Below are positions 35,004 to 44,861 of a DNA stretch of 64,000 nt, in pieces; positions within the stretch are counted from its first letter, which is position 1, and every line of letters starts with the position of its first letter. Source of the DNA: Caldilineaceae bacterium (lineage in GTDB: Bacteria; Chloroflexota; Anaerolineae; Caldilineales; Caldilineaceae); assembly GCA_965213535.1 (NCBI GenBank), contig OZ243888.1, positions 1,105,876 through 1,169,875 on the forward strand, written 5' to 3'. The position numbers and the translations under genes were made by a program. Below the pieces are notes generated by a model, which worked only from the letters and a program-made list of their open reading frames with translations, was not told the origin of the DNA and made no database searches.

Positions 35004-36419
35004 CTTTAGTTTCCGGTAAAAAGGTGCTGGTTTTAAGGGGTCTGGCGACGGTGAGCGTCAACGCCCTTGGGTAGATGGTCAGAAAGCGAGTTCTTTTTAC
35101 GAAGTTGCGGGTCAAACTCGACTAAGTTTGGAAAAACAGCTTGACCGAGCAAGCGTCGCAAACGACCGGGCGTGGCTTGTGGGGAGCGGTCCCAAAAGCC
35201 AGTGGGGACAGGCGGAAGAATGGCCGCACAATGGGTGAGGACATTCCCCGCCAGCAAGGCGAGTTCGGGCAACCGAAAGCAAGAGTCATGCGCAGAGACA
35301 AATTGGCGGTGCAGCCCAATCATCTGCTTGGCTGCCAACGGCGGATGTTCGACTGACCAGCGGTCGCGGTAGATGCGGTAGAGTGTCTGCGCATCAAGCG
35401 AGAGGTCAGTGGCTAAAATCATTGGTTTCTTATAGTGCGGGTCATGAAAGACAAAAAGGGCAAAGATTGAATTGCCTGGGTCGACCTTGCTCTTTGCGGC
35501 AACCAGATTGTGCCAGGATTCGTAGCAAATTGTGCGTCCTTGCTCGACAAATTCGCCACGCTGCTCGGCAGGCGTGGCGGCAATCTGCTTGTTGCCACGC
35601 CTGCGCGCCAATGGACGAATCCGTTCGCCATATTCAGGCCGTCTGCCTCGGCCTTTGTAGGGCGGCAAGCGATTTTTGCGCGCCGTGCAGTTACTTGCTT
35701 GGCGCAATACGAACTGCTCAAGTTTGGCCTCAGCTATGTCAGCGAGGCTGAAGCCTGCATCCAGCACCACCACTTCATCGAGACGAGATGACTTGGCTGC
35801 TTCCTGCAGGACGCTCACCTGAGAGGTTGCTTCCCCTGCCTTCGCTTCGCAACGCACAATCTGCTCAAGTCGCGGCACGCGCTTGCCTTTGATTTCGCCG
35901 GAGAGTACAACGATGCCAAAGACCATCGCTGGTAAGGCGCGATTCGCAATCGCCGCATAGTGCTTGTTGACTTCCCCTTGCAGATGGGGCCGCCAGAATG
36001 CGGTCAAATCTACGCTTTTGACTCGATACCCGCCGTACCGACTCGCTTCCCATTCGTTCATCCTGCCAATCTGTATGTGCCAGCAGTCGAGCAAATCAGC
36101 TATCGACCACGACCCATAGCGCAGGGCGGCCCAGCTTCGTCTCACCTCTGCATCGCTCAACCCATTGCTTGCCAAGGCCGGGTGAATTGCCCCTCGACTC
36201 TCCAAAAAAGAGCCGTTTACCATGACCCACAAAATGTGGACCACGCTGACATTTGTCCCAATTGGCACAACTTGGACGATAAAGACCAACGCTGCTATAG
36301 TTGTCTCGACGGCGGCTGACATAGTTCTCCCCTTTCGGCTTAGGCACCCTTAGGATGAACTATTCACCGCCGTTTGTCATTTCTGCCTCTACCTCTCTCA
36401 ACTTTTACCGGAAACTAAA
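35004..36419 (-). mobile_element. IS4-family insertion sequence nested in element A
   Basis: 17-bp perfect terminal inverted repeats TTTAGTTTCCGGTAAAA (35005-35021) / TTTTACCGGAAACTAAA (36403-36419). GTTGTA lies on both flanks. Confidence 0.7.
35033..36322 (-). CDS. IS4-family DDE transposase
   Basis: 429 aa. The C-terminal LYRIYRDRWSVEHPPLAAK fits the Y-2-R-3-E-6-K signature. Confidence 0.75.
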   Translation of the reverse strand: MSAAVETTIAALVFIVQVVPIGTNVSVVHILWVMVNGSFLESRGAIHPALASNGLSDAEVRRSWAALRYGSWSIADLLDCWHIQIGRMNEWEASRYGGYRVKSVDLTAFWRPHLQGEVNKHYAAIANRALPAMVFGIVVLSGEIKGKRVPRLEQIVRCEAKAGEATSQVSVLQEAAKSSRLDEVVVLDAGFSLADIAEAKLEQFVLRQASNCTARKNRLPPYKGRGRRPEYGERIRPLARRRGNKQIAATPAEQRGEFVEQGRTICYESWHNLVAAKSKVDPGNSIFALFVFHDPHYKKPMILATDLSLDAQTLYRIYRDRWSVEHPPLAAKQMIGLHRQFVSAHDSCFRLPELALLAGNVLTHCAAILPPVPTGFWDRSPQATPGRLRRLLGQAVFPNLVEFDPQLRKKNSLSDHLPKGVDAHRRQTP

Positions 36420-37416
36420 GTTGTAAGTCCAGCCTCTCCGGTTCATCTTGCAGTCGATAAGCGCGAGCTGAATGAACGGCCTGCGGATAAGCGACAAGCG
36501 GGGGCTGATCCGCCAAAGAACGACAGGGCAAATGCTGATTGAGCAAGGTACGACGCGTTTGCAGGGCGTCGTAGAGCGCTTGCCAATTGTCAAAGGTGTG
36601 ACCCTGAATCACTTGCCTGTGCCAAAGTTGATGACTGCGTTCGGTCATGGCCTGGTCTTTGGGTTGGCCGACGCGGATAAAGGTCAACGAAATGCCCAAA
36701 GCCACCAACCAAAGGTGAAAGCGCGACGGAAAGGGCGAACGACTGCGATTCTCGTAAAAGACGCTTTCGTGGTCAACTTGCAAGGCTTGTGGCAGCCCCC
36801 ACTGCCTAAACGCCGTGCGCAGGGCGGCTTGGTAATCTTCCGTTTTGGCATGGCGCTGCACGCGATGCTGACCCAGACAGCAAGGATAACTCAGCAGACG
36901 CGCACGGGAAACGCGGTCATTCAGATGAATCAGCGTGACAAAGCCGACATCGGGAATCCGTTCGTAGCCGCGAGCATCCATTTCCCAGACGGCGTGTGCG
37001 AGACCCGCTTGCTTGCGCTCACTCGCAGGCAGCGCAACGACTGGCTCTTTGGCGGCAATTAGTCCCTCTTCGCTGAGAAAGCGGCTAATTGTGGCGCGAC
37101 TGGGCAGCACGCGCTCGGCAAAAGCAGGGTGCAATTCTAATTCAGCGAGCAAGGTGGTTGCGCCCCAGCCGGGATTCGCTTGCCGCCAGCGACGAAGCGT
37201 CTCCCCGATTTCCGGGGCAAAGCCACTCAACGCACCCTTTGCTGGACGACCCATCTGTGAGACGAGGCCCGCCCGACCTGCTTGACGACCACGTTGCCGC
37301 CACTTGCGAATCGTTCTGCCTTGCCAGCCCGTTCGACGTCTGATGCGCCAGACCGCTTCGCCCCGCTCGCTCGACTCGTGCATGTCGAGCCGTTCTTCGA
37401 TTGTTGTGGTGACCAT
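36415..37416 (-). pseudogene. N-terminal part of element-A transposase (HTH + rve integrase core)
   Basis: WEMDARGY.., LQVDHESVF.. and MTERSH DDE residues. The frame runs 5 nt into the nested IS and stops there. Confidence 0.7.
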
Positions 37417-37509
37417 TTCTTCTCCCTAGTTTTCCAACGCGGAAATTCAGGAAGAATTGTAGCTCGAAAAAGCGGCACGACTTTATGAGACTGATTCTGT
37501 ACTCGACTT

Positions 37510-39014
37510 AATACTACAACGAGACTTTGAGAAAGGGAGGCGAGGGTGGAGAATTTTCCGTAAGGGGGAATTCCAATGAGCCAAGTCATCGCCACAGCAC
37601 CCAGGCTAGAGTTAACGGTCGCAGAAATCGAGGCAGAGCTTCTACCAGAGTTAGAAGCGTATCACGCAAAGTACAGCCCACTATTCAGACGCAGAGAACA
37701 GCGAGAAGAAAGCGAGAAATATTTAAAAGGGCTGCTATCCGATATAGAGAACAAATCGGTCGAATCCATGGTTTTACATTTTGAAGGCGATAATCCAAAT
37801 GCCGTACGGTCAGGTCAACAGTTTCTCAGCAAAGGTGCGTGGTCGGATGAAGCTATCCTACAGCAGCACTGGCGGGAAGTCGACAAAGATCTAGGCGAAG
37901 AGAATGGTGTTCTCATCATAGACGGCAGTGACTTTCCCAAACAGGGCGAAGAGTCGGTCGGCGTGAAACGGCAGATGTGTGGTCAGTTAGGCAAAGTGGC
38001 CAACTGCCAGGCGGGTGTCTTTCTCAGCTATGCCAGCGTCAAAGGGTATACCCTGCTCAATCGTCGTCTCTATCTACCAAAAGAATGGGTAGAGGACGAA
38101 GCCTATGCCGAACGGCGCCAGAAGTGTGGTGTGCCAACGGGCACCACTTTTCAGACCAAGCCACAGTTAGCGGCCGAGATGCTTCAAGCTGTCCATGAAG
38201 CAGACAGCTTATCCTTTCGTTGGCTCACCTGTGATGCCGCCTTCGGTCGGGATACCCACTTTTTGGATAGCGTTGGTCAATTCGTTTCCTATTTTGCCGA
38301 AGTCGATTTTGATACGCGCGTCTGGGTGAGCCGCCCAGCCACTGCCGTGCCTGACTGGTCAGGCAAAGGGCGACCACCGACGCGTCAGCGCCTCGTCAAA
38401 GGCGAAGCTGAGGCGCTAACCGTTGCGCAAGTGGCACAGTCGCTTCCCGCCGATGGCTGGCAACAACTGACGATTAAAGAAGGCAGCAAAGGCCCTCTCA
38501 TTGCTGACTTTGCTTGTCTACGAGTCGTTGCCGTGCGCCAAGCCCTCCCTGGTCCGGATGTCTGGCTTATCTTGCGCCGCCATCGCACTACGGGTGAGAT
38601 CAACTATTATCTCTCCAACGCGCCACTTGAAACCACCATTCAGACCTTTGCCTGGTTAAGTGGAATGCGATGGCCCGTTGAAAGCTGTTTTGAAGAGAGC
38701 AAGCAAGAACTCGGTATGGGCGACTATCAAGTCCGTTCCTGGAGCGGATGGCATCATCACATGACACTCGTCATCCTCGCTCACTTCTTTCTCGTTCGAC
38801 TCAAACTTCGCCTCAGAGAGAAAGCGCCTGCCCTCACCTTGCCACAAACTGTTCTTTTACTGCAATCCGTCTTGCCCAAACCTGAACTCGATGCCCAACT
38901 CGCCCTTGATATTGTAACCTATCGGCAACGTCGCAATCAGGAGGCTTATCTCGCTCATCGCAAAGCAAAATTGCGCAAACTTTTTCCCGTCCCCAAAGTC
39001 TCGTTGTAGTATTA
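37510..39014 (+). mobile_element. IS701-like insertion sequence
   Basis: Terminal inverted repeats TAATACTACAACGAGACTTT (37510-37529) / AAAGTCTCGTTGTAGTATTA (38995-39014). Inserted in the right IR of element A. Confidence 0.75.
37576..39009 (+). CDS. IS701-family DDE transposase
   Basis: 477 aa. VLIIDGSDFPKQG.., WLTCDAAFG.. and MRWPVESCFEESKQELGMGDYQVRSWSGWHHHMTLVILAHFFL. Confidence 0.85.
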   Translation: MSQVIATAPRLELTVAEIEAELLPELEAYHAKYSPLFRRREQREESEKYLKGLLSDIENKSVESMVLHFEGDNPNAVRSGQQFLSKGAWSDEAILQQHWREVDKDLGEENGVLIIDGSDFPKQGEESVGVKRQMCGQLGKVANCQAGVFLSYASVKGYTLLNRRLYLPKEWVEDEAYAERRQKCGVPTGTTFQTKPQLAAEMLQAVHEADSLSFRWLTCDAAFGRDTHFLDSVGQFVSYFAEVDFDTRVWVSRPATAVPDWSGKGRPPTRQRLVKGEAEALTVAQVAQSLPADGWQQLTIKEGSKGPLIADFACLRVVAVRQALPGPDVWLILRRHRTTGEINYYLSNAPLETTIQTFAWLSGMRWPVESCFEESKQELGMGDYQVRSWSGWHHHMTLVILAHFFLVRLKLRLREKAPALTLPQTVLLLQSVLPKPELDAQLALDIVTYRQRRNQEAYLAHRKAKLRKLFPVPKVSL

Positions 39015-39089
39015 GGGTCTGTCCAGAAATAACCTACCTAAGTTTAGCGAAAGCAGAGATGAGATGATAAGCTCTCTGGCAAGGAGAGA

Positions 39090-40534
39090 ATGAATCAGAT
39101 GACAGCGACCAAAAGCAAAGAAGCGCGGAAAAAAGCTGAGGCAGAAATCCGCACCCGCTACGAAAGTCTCCGCGGCACCCTGACCGAACGGAGCCGACGC
39201 TTGTTCGCCGGCAGTGAAGCACACGCCTTCGGGTACGGCGGTGTCGAAGCAGTCAGTCGAGCGACAGGTTTGTCGAGAAAGACAGTCCGCCGCGGACGCG
39301 ATGAGTGCCAGGCGATTGAAGCGGGAGAGCAACCGGGCTTGCCTCCCCAGCGCAGTCGACAAGCGGGCGGTGGTCGAAAACAGGCGACAGAAACATATCC
39401 AGCGCTGCTTCCTCTGCTCCAGAAGTTGGTCGAGTCCACCACACGGGGCGACCCGGAATCACCCTTGCTCTGGACGGCCCGCAGCCAACGGAATCTAGTG
39501 CAAGCTCTGGAGGAGCAAGGGTATCGGGTGAGCAAGCACACTCTTGCTAAGCTTTTACAAAAGCTGGGCTATAGCCTCCAAGGCAATCACAAGAAACAAG
39601 AAGGGACTCAACATCCGGACCGCAATGCTCAGTTTGAGCATATCAACGAACAAGTCCGTCAGCAACTCGCTGCTGGCGAACCGGCTATCTCTGTCGATAC
39701 CAAGAAGAAAGAGCTGGTTGGTTCTTTCAAAAATAGTGGCCGCGAGCTGCGTCCTCAAGGGGACCCTGAATGGGTCAACGCCCATGATTTTCCCTCCCAA
39801 AGCGAGGGGAAAGCCATTCCCTATGGCGTCTACGATTTAGCCGAAAATGAAGCCTGGGTCAGTGTCGGCATCAGCCACGATACGGCTGAATTTGCTGTCG
39901 CCACCATCCGTACCTGGTATGAGGAGCTGGGCCGACGACTCTATCCCCGAGCGACCTCGCTGCTGGTCACAGCGGATGGCGGCGGGAGCAACGGCTATCG
40001 GACGCGTCTTTGGAAAGTCGAACTCCAAGAACTCGCCAACGCGCTTGACCTATCCATCTCCGTTTGTCATCTACCACCAGGCACGAGCAAGTGGAACCAG
40101 ATTGAGCATCGCCTCTTTTCCTTTATTACTCAAAACTGGCGCGGTAAACCGCTGATTACTCATCAGGTCATTGTTGAACTCATCTCCGCCACCAAGACCA
40201 GTAAAGGGCTGCAAGTCCATAGCTAGGGTGATTTCACCATCGGATCAATCTTACATTAAGTGGGTACATTATCCCGTCAAAAACAGCAGAAAGCGCCATT
40301 CCAACTTTTAGACTTCCAAAGTTTGGACAGAATCAAGTGAAATGGGCGCTTTTTCGCCACGCTTGTGTAAGATCACCCCCATGGTGAAATCACCCTAGTC
40401 CATAGCCGACTGGATGAACGCCATTATCCAACTAAGCGTCGAGTCTCTGACCAGCAGCTTTCTACCGTCAATCTAGCGCCCGACAAATGGCATGGCGAGT
40501 GGAACTACACCATTCATCCAAACCCTGTCCTTTA
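39090..40534 (+). pseudogene. ISAzo13-family transposase split by a MITE
   Basis: ISVDTKKKELVGSFKNSG.., PYGVYDL and VCHLPPGTSKWNQIEHRLFSF. The frame ends ..GLQVHS at 40223 and resumes VHSRLDERHYPTKRRVSD..WHGEWNYTIHP at 40398. Confidence 0.8.
40224..40397. mobile_element. 174-bp MITE with 17-bp perfect TIRs and 9-bp target duplication
   Basis: TAGGGTGATTTCACCAT (40224-40240) / ATGGTGAAATCACCCTA (40381-40397). GTCCATAGC is duplicated at 40215-40223 and 40398-40406. Confidence 0.85.
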
Positions 40535-40602
40535 GCCATACTCGAATACTTTATTTCTGGACAGACCCTTAGTGAGACTCAACAGTGAGGAAGATTGGAA
40601 AA

Positions 40603-40820
40603 AATGACCACTGGTACTAACCCAACCTATGCGCAGCTAATGCAAACGTTTACACCTCGTCCCATCGCCGATGACGAACAGTATTGAGCGACCCAAGCCG
40701 TGACCGAGGAGCTGCTGTCGAAACAGAGCTTGTCGAGCGGTGAAGGGCCAACCCAGAGAAGTCGTTTGCCACGACGAACGCCAACGGAGCAGACAGAAAG
40801 CGTTTCCAAAATCGACTAGT
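40603..40820 (+). pseudogene. Decayed HigA/XRE-antitoxin-like gene start
   Basis: MTTGTNPTYAQLMQTFTPRPIADDEQY-TGA-ATQAVTEELLSKQSLSSGE.. resembles HigA-type N-termini (..PRPI..eeY..a...eLL). In-frame stop, then loss of similarity. Confidence 0.3.
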
Positions 40821-40838
40821 CTCGCCTACCATAGCGCC

Positions 40839-41183
40839 ATGAACAAGACTCAGCTGACCCCAACCGAGCCCCAGCAGCGCCCGCCCTGGGTGTGGGACTA
40901 CAACATTACGTGGGCGCAATTTCAGGCCATGCTGGACGGCACGTTCCGCCTTGGTCGGCTCGACCGCGATTGGGCGGCCGTGCGCTTAATCGAATACGCG
41001 CCCTACGAGGAGATGATCCGGCTGCTTGGCTACGGCGGCCTCGTGGAGGGGTGGCCGCGCTGGCGGGAGCGGCTGCGGGCACACGATCAGCAAGAGGCGC
41101 TCGACTTTGTGGTAGAATGGACCCAAACCCACCATCCTGAGCTACTTCGCCATGAACGAACCGCCCTCAGCAGCAAACGATAG
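40839..41183 (+). CDS. Small protein upstream of AbiEii-like gene (putative antitoxin partner)
   Basis: 114 aa from the ATG at 40839. VWDYNITWAQF..AAVRLIEYAPYEEMIRLLGY. Called mainly from position; no family name is certain. Confidence 0.45.
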   Translation: MNKTQLTPTEPQQRPPWVWDYNITWAQFQAMLDGTFRLGRLDRDWAAVRLIEYAPYEEMIRLLGYGGLVEGWPRWRERLRAHDQQEALDFVVEWTQTHHPELLRHERTALSSKR

Positions 41184-41222
41184 CGAATTTTTTATAGGCT
41201 GCTTTATCCACTTCAAGATCGC

Positions 41223-41837
41223 GTGCTGGCGGTATTGAACCAGACGAATATGGGTCTCTATCTGACAGGGGAAACGGCCCTCGCGCGCGGCTATCTCCAC
41301 CATCGTTTTTCAGATGATCTGGATCTCTTTGCCAATCTCGATCAGCGCTTTGCCATCTGGTGTGAACAATTTGTCACAGCGCTGGAGGCGAACAGTATGT
41401 GGGAAACCACCGTTGCTCTACGCCAGCAATACTTTGTGCGAATCTTTGTCACACGGGAGAACGTAACGCTCAAAATTGAGTGCGTCAACGATGTGCCTTC
41501 ACACATCGGCGAGATTCAGCAACATCCTGTTTTAGGTCGGCTGAATAGCCCCGAGAATATTCTCGCAAACAAGCTTACGGCCCTGCTGGGTCGCGATGAA
41601 CCCAAAGATGTGGCCGACGTCTGGATGCTGACGGGCAAGATGGGGCTCTCCATCAAGGAGGCCATCACCGGGGCGCGCAGCAAGGCGGCGGGTCTCTACC
41701 CGCCCGCGCTCGCCCGCCGCCTCTTCACCGTTACCCGCGCCGATTGGGAAGCCGTGCGCTGGACCACCCCGCCCGACCCCGATCACTTCATCCGCGAGGT
41801 CAAGGCCCTGGCCGAGAGCCTGATCCTCGTGGAGTAG
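41223..41837 (+). CDS. Nucleotidyltransferase AbiEii/AbiGii (DUF1814) toxin family protein; start uncertain
   Basis: LYLTGETALARGYLHHRFSDDLDLFAN motif. The same frame stays open back to the upstream gene's TAG (41181-41183) without an ATG. Confidence 0.75.
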   Translation: MLAVLNQTNMGLYLTGETALARGYLHHRFSDDLDLFANLDQRFAIWCEQFVTALEANSMWETTVALRQQYFVRIFVTRENVTLKIECVNDVPSHIGEIQQHPVLGRLNSPENILANKLTALLGRDEPKDVADVWMLTGKMGLSIKEAITGARSKAAGLYPPALARRLFTVTRADWEAVRWTTPPDPDHFIREVKALAESLILVE

Positions 41838-41941
41838 GCGATGAGCTCTTCGCTTTCTCACTAGAAATTCCTCTCTTTCCCTCTCCATCCGTGGCGTAAT
41901 ACCGCAACACAGAATCATTGAACTTTTACGCATCGCGCCTA

Positions 41942-42187
41942 CTACAACCGCCTCTCACTCCCCTCGACCTCGGCAATATGCGCCTCCAAGATCGCGCTTA
42001 ACTGCGAACGAAAACCGGGCCCGCGATGGCGCACGTAAGCCGCCGCGTGCGGCGTCAATTCAAGGGTAACCGGTTCCTTGGGCGGGAAGTCGACCCGCTT
42101 AGCGTTGGTCAAGAATTCCTCACTCATTTCAGAAATATCCCCGTAGTATTCATTGATGTCGACCGCACTATGGACCGGTGCGAGCAC
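41942..42187 (-). CDS. BrnA/DUF4415-like antitoxin-type small protein
   Basis: ..KEPVTLELTPHAAAYVRHRGPGFRSQLSAILEAHI resembles the DUF4415 pattern (K..vtlrld.dvl.wf...G.gyqtrin..Lr). No BrnT-like partner was seen. Confidence 0.4.
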   Translation of the reverse strand: MLAPVHSAVDINEYYGDISEMSEEFLTNAKRVDFPPKEPVTLELTPHAAAYVRHRGPGFRSQLSAILEAHIAEVEGSERRL

Positions 42188-42955
42188 TCAGCCAGCAACC
42201 TTCCGGCAAATTGAGATGATTTCCGGCTGTTCGGTGCTAACGGGTACTTTTGACCAGTCGCCGTACTGCGACAGCACCTCGAATCCGCTTGCGTGTAGAA
42301 GCTGGTTTAGCTGATCGAGTTGGTTGTAGCGCAGGTGCGTCTCCGAAAAATGTGCTTCGCCAGTGGCCTGCACAACGCGCTTGATTCTCACCATATCAAT
42401 CATCGAATTCGCATCGAATTGGGAGGCGGTTAACGTCTCCGTCCACCGGCCACGCTCGTCTTGAAACGAATGCCAGTAGCGGTAATCTTCGGAATCACCG
42501 TAGTTCTTTGCGGCGAGATTCCGCGTTTCAAAGGCAAAGATGCCGTCGTTTTCGAGATGCCGATTGACAGTTGCCAAGAAGGTCTGTTGGTCCGCATCCG
42601 TCAGCAGATGTTGGAAGGCGTGACCGCTCATGATGGCCAGCCGGAATTGCTTGCCCAGCGCCATCGTTCGGCAATCGGAAAGCACCCACTCAACGGCTTC
42701 CTCGCCCGTCAACTGCCGTGCCCGCTCAAGCATTCCCCCCACAATATCGACACCCGTGACGTTCAACCCCTCGTTTGCAATGGCGCGGGCCAAGCTCCCA
42801 GTGCCGCAGGCGACATCAAGCACTGGGCCACCAACGTCCAGGGCAAGCGTGAGGTAGAAATCATCGCCGTCGCCCCAGCGATTTTCCGCATCGTATGCCG
42901 CTGGGTTGTTGTACTCTTCTAGGGTATTTTGATTTGTGTTCAAGGTGATTTCCAT
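42188..42955 (-). CDS. Class I SAM-dependent methyltransferase
   Basis: VLDVACGTGSLARA motif I, 255 aa. Confidence 0.85.
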   Translation of the reverse strand: MEITLNTNQNTLEEYNNPAAYDAENRWGDGDDFYLTLALDVGGPVLDVACGTGSLARAIANEGLNVTGVDIVGGMLERARQLTGEEAVEWVLSDCRTMALGKQFRLAIMSGHAFQHLLTDADQQTFLATVNRHLENDGIFAFETRNLAAKNYGDSEDYRYWHSFQDERGRWTETLTASQFDANSMIDMVRIKRVVQATGEAHFSETHLRYNQLDQLNQLLHASGFEVLSQYGDWSKVPVSTEQPEIISICRKVAG

Positions 42956-42985
42956 CGGGCAGTAAGCGCGAAGCAGCGCTTCGGG

Positions 42986-43828
42986 TTACGGTTTGTACAC
43001 CTCGCGCGTGACTTCGCGCGCGGCCTCTTCCTTGCGCTGACACCAGCCTCCGTCGATCATGCCGTCAACGACGAGGTCGCGCGTCTGCTCCGGTGAATCG
43101 GCGATGACCATGAGGTCGAGGTCGGCAGCGGAGATGTTGCCAGCGGCGAGCATGGTGTCGCGCAGCCAGCCGAGCAGGCCGCTCCAAAAGTCGCTGCCGT
43201 AGAGGACAATGGGGAAGTTGTGGATTTTGCCCGTCTGAATCAACGTCAGCGACTCGAAGAGTTCGTCCATCGTGCCAAAGCCGCCGGGGAAAATCACAAA
43301 GGCTTGGGCGTACTTGACGAACATCGTCTTGCGTGCAAAAAAGTAGTGGAAGTTGATCGGCACGTCCACGTAGGCGTTGACGCCCTGCTCAAAGGGCAGC
43401 TCGATCCCCAGCCCTACCGACACGCCCTCGCCCTGCTGCGCCCCCTTGTTGCCCGCTTCCATGATGCCCGGCCCGCCGCCGGTAATCACGGCCAGCCCGG
43501 CTTGAGCCAGCAGCCGCGCCGTCTCGACCGCGGCCTCGTATATGGGCGAGCCCGGCTTGGTGCGCGCCGAGCCAAAGAGGGTGACGGCGGGGCCGAGATC
43601 GGCCAGCGTGTCAAAGCCCTCGACAAATTCGCCCTGGATGCGCAGGACGCGCCACGGGTCGCCGTCGAGCAGGCTGCGCGAGGGCGCGCGCGAGGGGGTG
43701 AGCAGCAGTTCGTCCTGCGTGGCCTGCTGCCGGCGGGCGGCGCGGTTGAGCGTCGCGTCGTCGCGGCGGGGTGGCTGGGCGTACTGACCGTTGGTTTGGT
43801 CGTTCATCGAAGCTCCTTTGTAGGACAA
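42986..43828 (-). CDS. LOG family protein (TIGR00730-type nucleotide phosphoribohydrolase)
   Basis: TGGGPGIMEAGNKGA and PGGFGTMDELFE motifs. Confidence 0.88.
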   Translation of the reverse strand: MSYKGASMNDQTNGQYAQPPRRDDATLNRAARRQQATQDELLLTPSRAPSRSLLDGDPWRVLRIQGEFVEGFDTLADLGPAVTLFGSARTKPGSPIYEAAVETARLLAQAGLAVITGGGPGIMEAGNKGAQQGEGVSVGLGIELPFEQGVNAYVDVPINFHYFFARKTMFVKYAQAFVIFPGGFGTMDELFESLTLIQTGKIHNFPIVLYGSDFWSGLLGWLRDTMLAAGNISAADLDLMVIADSPEQTRDLVVDGMIDGGWCQRKEEAAREVTREVYKP

Positions 43829-43868
43829 TTTAGCAATTCCAAATGTTGACAGCTATATCTCACCTGCG

Positions 43869-44861
43869 CTACCGCAGCGACACGGCCCGCCCCGTTCGCG
43901 CCGACTCATACGCCGCCAGCGCCACCTCCAGCGCGCGCAGCCCGTCCTCGCCCGTGATCGAGGGCGCGCGATCTTGATCGATCATCTCGACAAAGTCGGC
44001 GATTAGCGCCGCATCCATGTTGCTGCCCCAGTTGAGCCACTGCGCCTTCTCCGCCCCATTCGCATAGACAGCGAGCTGCTGTGCAAAGGCATCTACCCAG
44101 ACCGCCCCCCGCTCGCCAACCAATTCCAGCTTGACGTCGCCCCACGTGGGGTAGCTTTTGGGGCGCGACCAGCTCGTGTCGAGCGTGCCGTAGACGCCGT
44201 TGGCGAGCTGGAAAGAGAGCAGCCCGGCGTCGTCGATGCCAAGATCGGGGTGCAGCAGCGACTCGCCGACCTCGGCATACACTTCGGTGACTTCGGTCTG
44301 CCAGAACCAGCGCAGCAGGTCGATCACGTGGACGGTGTGGTCGATCACCGCGCCGCCGCCCGCCAGCTCGCGGTCGACGAACCAACTGCCGGGCATCGAG
44401 CCGTGGTTGGTGCATTTGGCGGCGTAGACCTGCCCCAGCGCCTCTTCGTCGAGCAGGGCTTTGAGCTGCTGCACGGTGGGGGCAAAGCGCACGGGGAAGG
44501 CAATTTGCAGCTTCGTGCCCGCCGCGGCGCAAGCGTCGATCATCGCCCGACCGTCGTCGAGGGTGCTGGCAATCGGCTTTTCGCATAGAATTGCGTCCAC
44601 GCGCCCCGCCGCTGCCTCGACCAGCGCGCGATGGTTGGCATTTTCCGAACAGATGATGACGCCGTCCAACTCTTCGTCGAGCAGGGCACCGGTTGACCCA
44701 AAGGCGACGGTGCTGAACTGCGCGGCTTTCTCCTTGGCGCGCGAGGCGTCGCCATCGTAAAGGCCAACAATCTCAACGTTGGGCATCTCGTGCAAGGCAG
44801 CCGCGTAGCTGTCAGCGTGGCCGTGGGCAAAGCTGAGTAGACCGATTCGTGTGTGAGTCAT
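43869..44861 (-). CDS. Gfo/Idh/MocA family oxidoreductase
   Basis: 330 aa. N-terminal Rossmann fold (IGLLSFAHGHA), EKP motif (CEKPIAST). Confidence 0.85.
   Translation of the reverse strand: MTHTRIGLLSFAHGHADSYAAALHEMPNVEIVGLYDGDASRAKEKAAQFSTVAFGSTGALLDEELDGVIICSENANHRALVEAAAGRVDAILCEKPIASTLDDGRAMIDACAAAGTKLQIAFPVRFAPTVQQLKALLDEEALGQVYAAKCTNHGSMPGSWFVDRELAGGGAVIDHTVHVIDLLRWFWQTEVTEVYAEVGESLLHPDLGIDDAGLLSFQLANGVYGTLDTSWSRPKSYPTWGDVKLELVGERGAVWVDAFAQQLAVYANGAEKAQWLNWGSNMDAALIADFVEMIDQDRAPSITGEDGLRALEVALAAYESARTGRAVSLR

Larger units (their letters stand above)
39015..40567 (+). mobile_element. ISAzo13-like insertion sequence abutting the IS701-like element
   Basis: Inverted repeats GGGTCTGTCCAGAAATAA (39015-39032) / TTATTTCTGGACAGACCC (40550-40567). 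TTA lies on both sides. Confidence 0.75.
34653..40583 (-). mobile_element. Degraded rve-type IS (element A) carrying nested insertions
   Basis: Left IR is TGTTGAGTCTCACTAAGTCG (34653-34672). The right IR is split: CGACTTA (37504-37510) + GTGAGACTCAACA (40571-40583), a perfect 20/20 match when rejoined. Possible GTGA target duplication. Confidence 0.65.
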
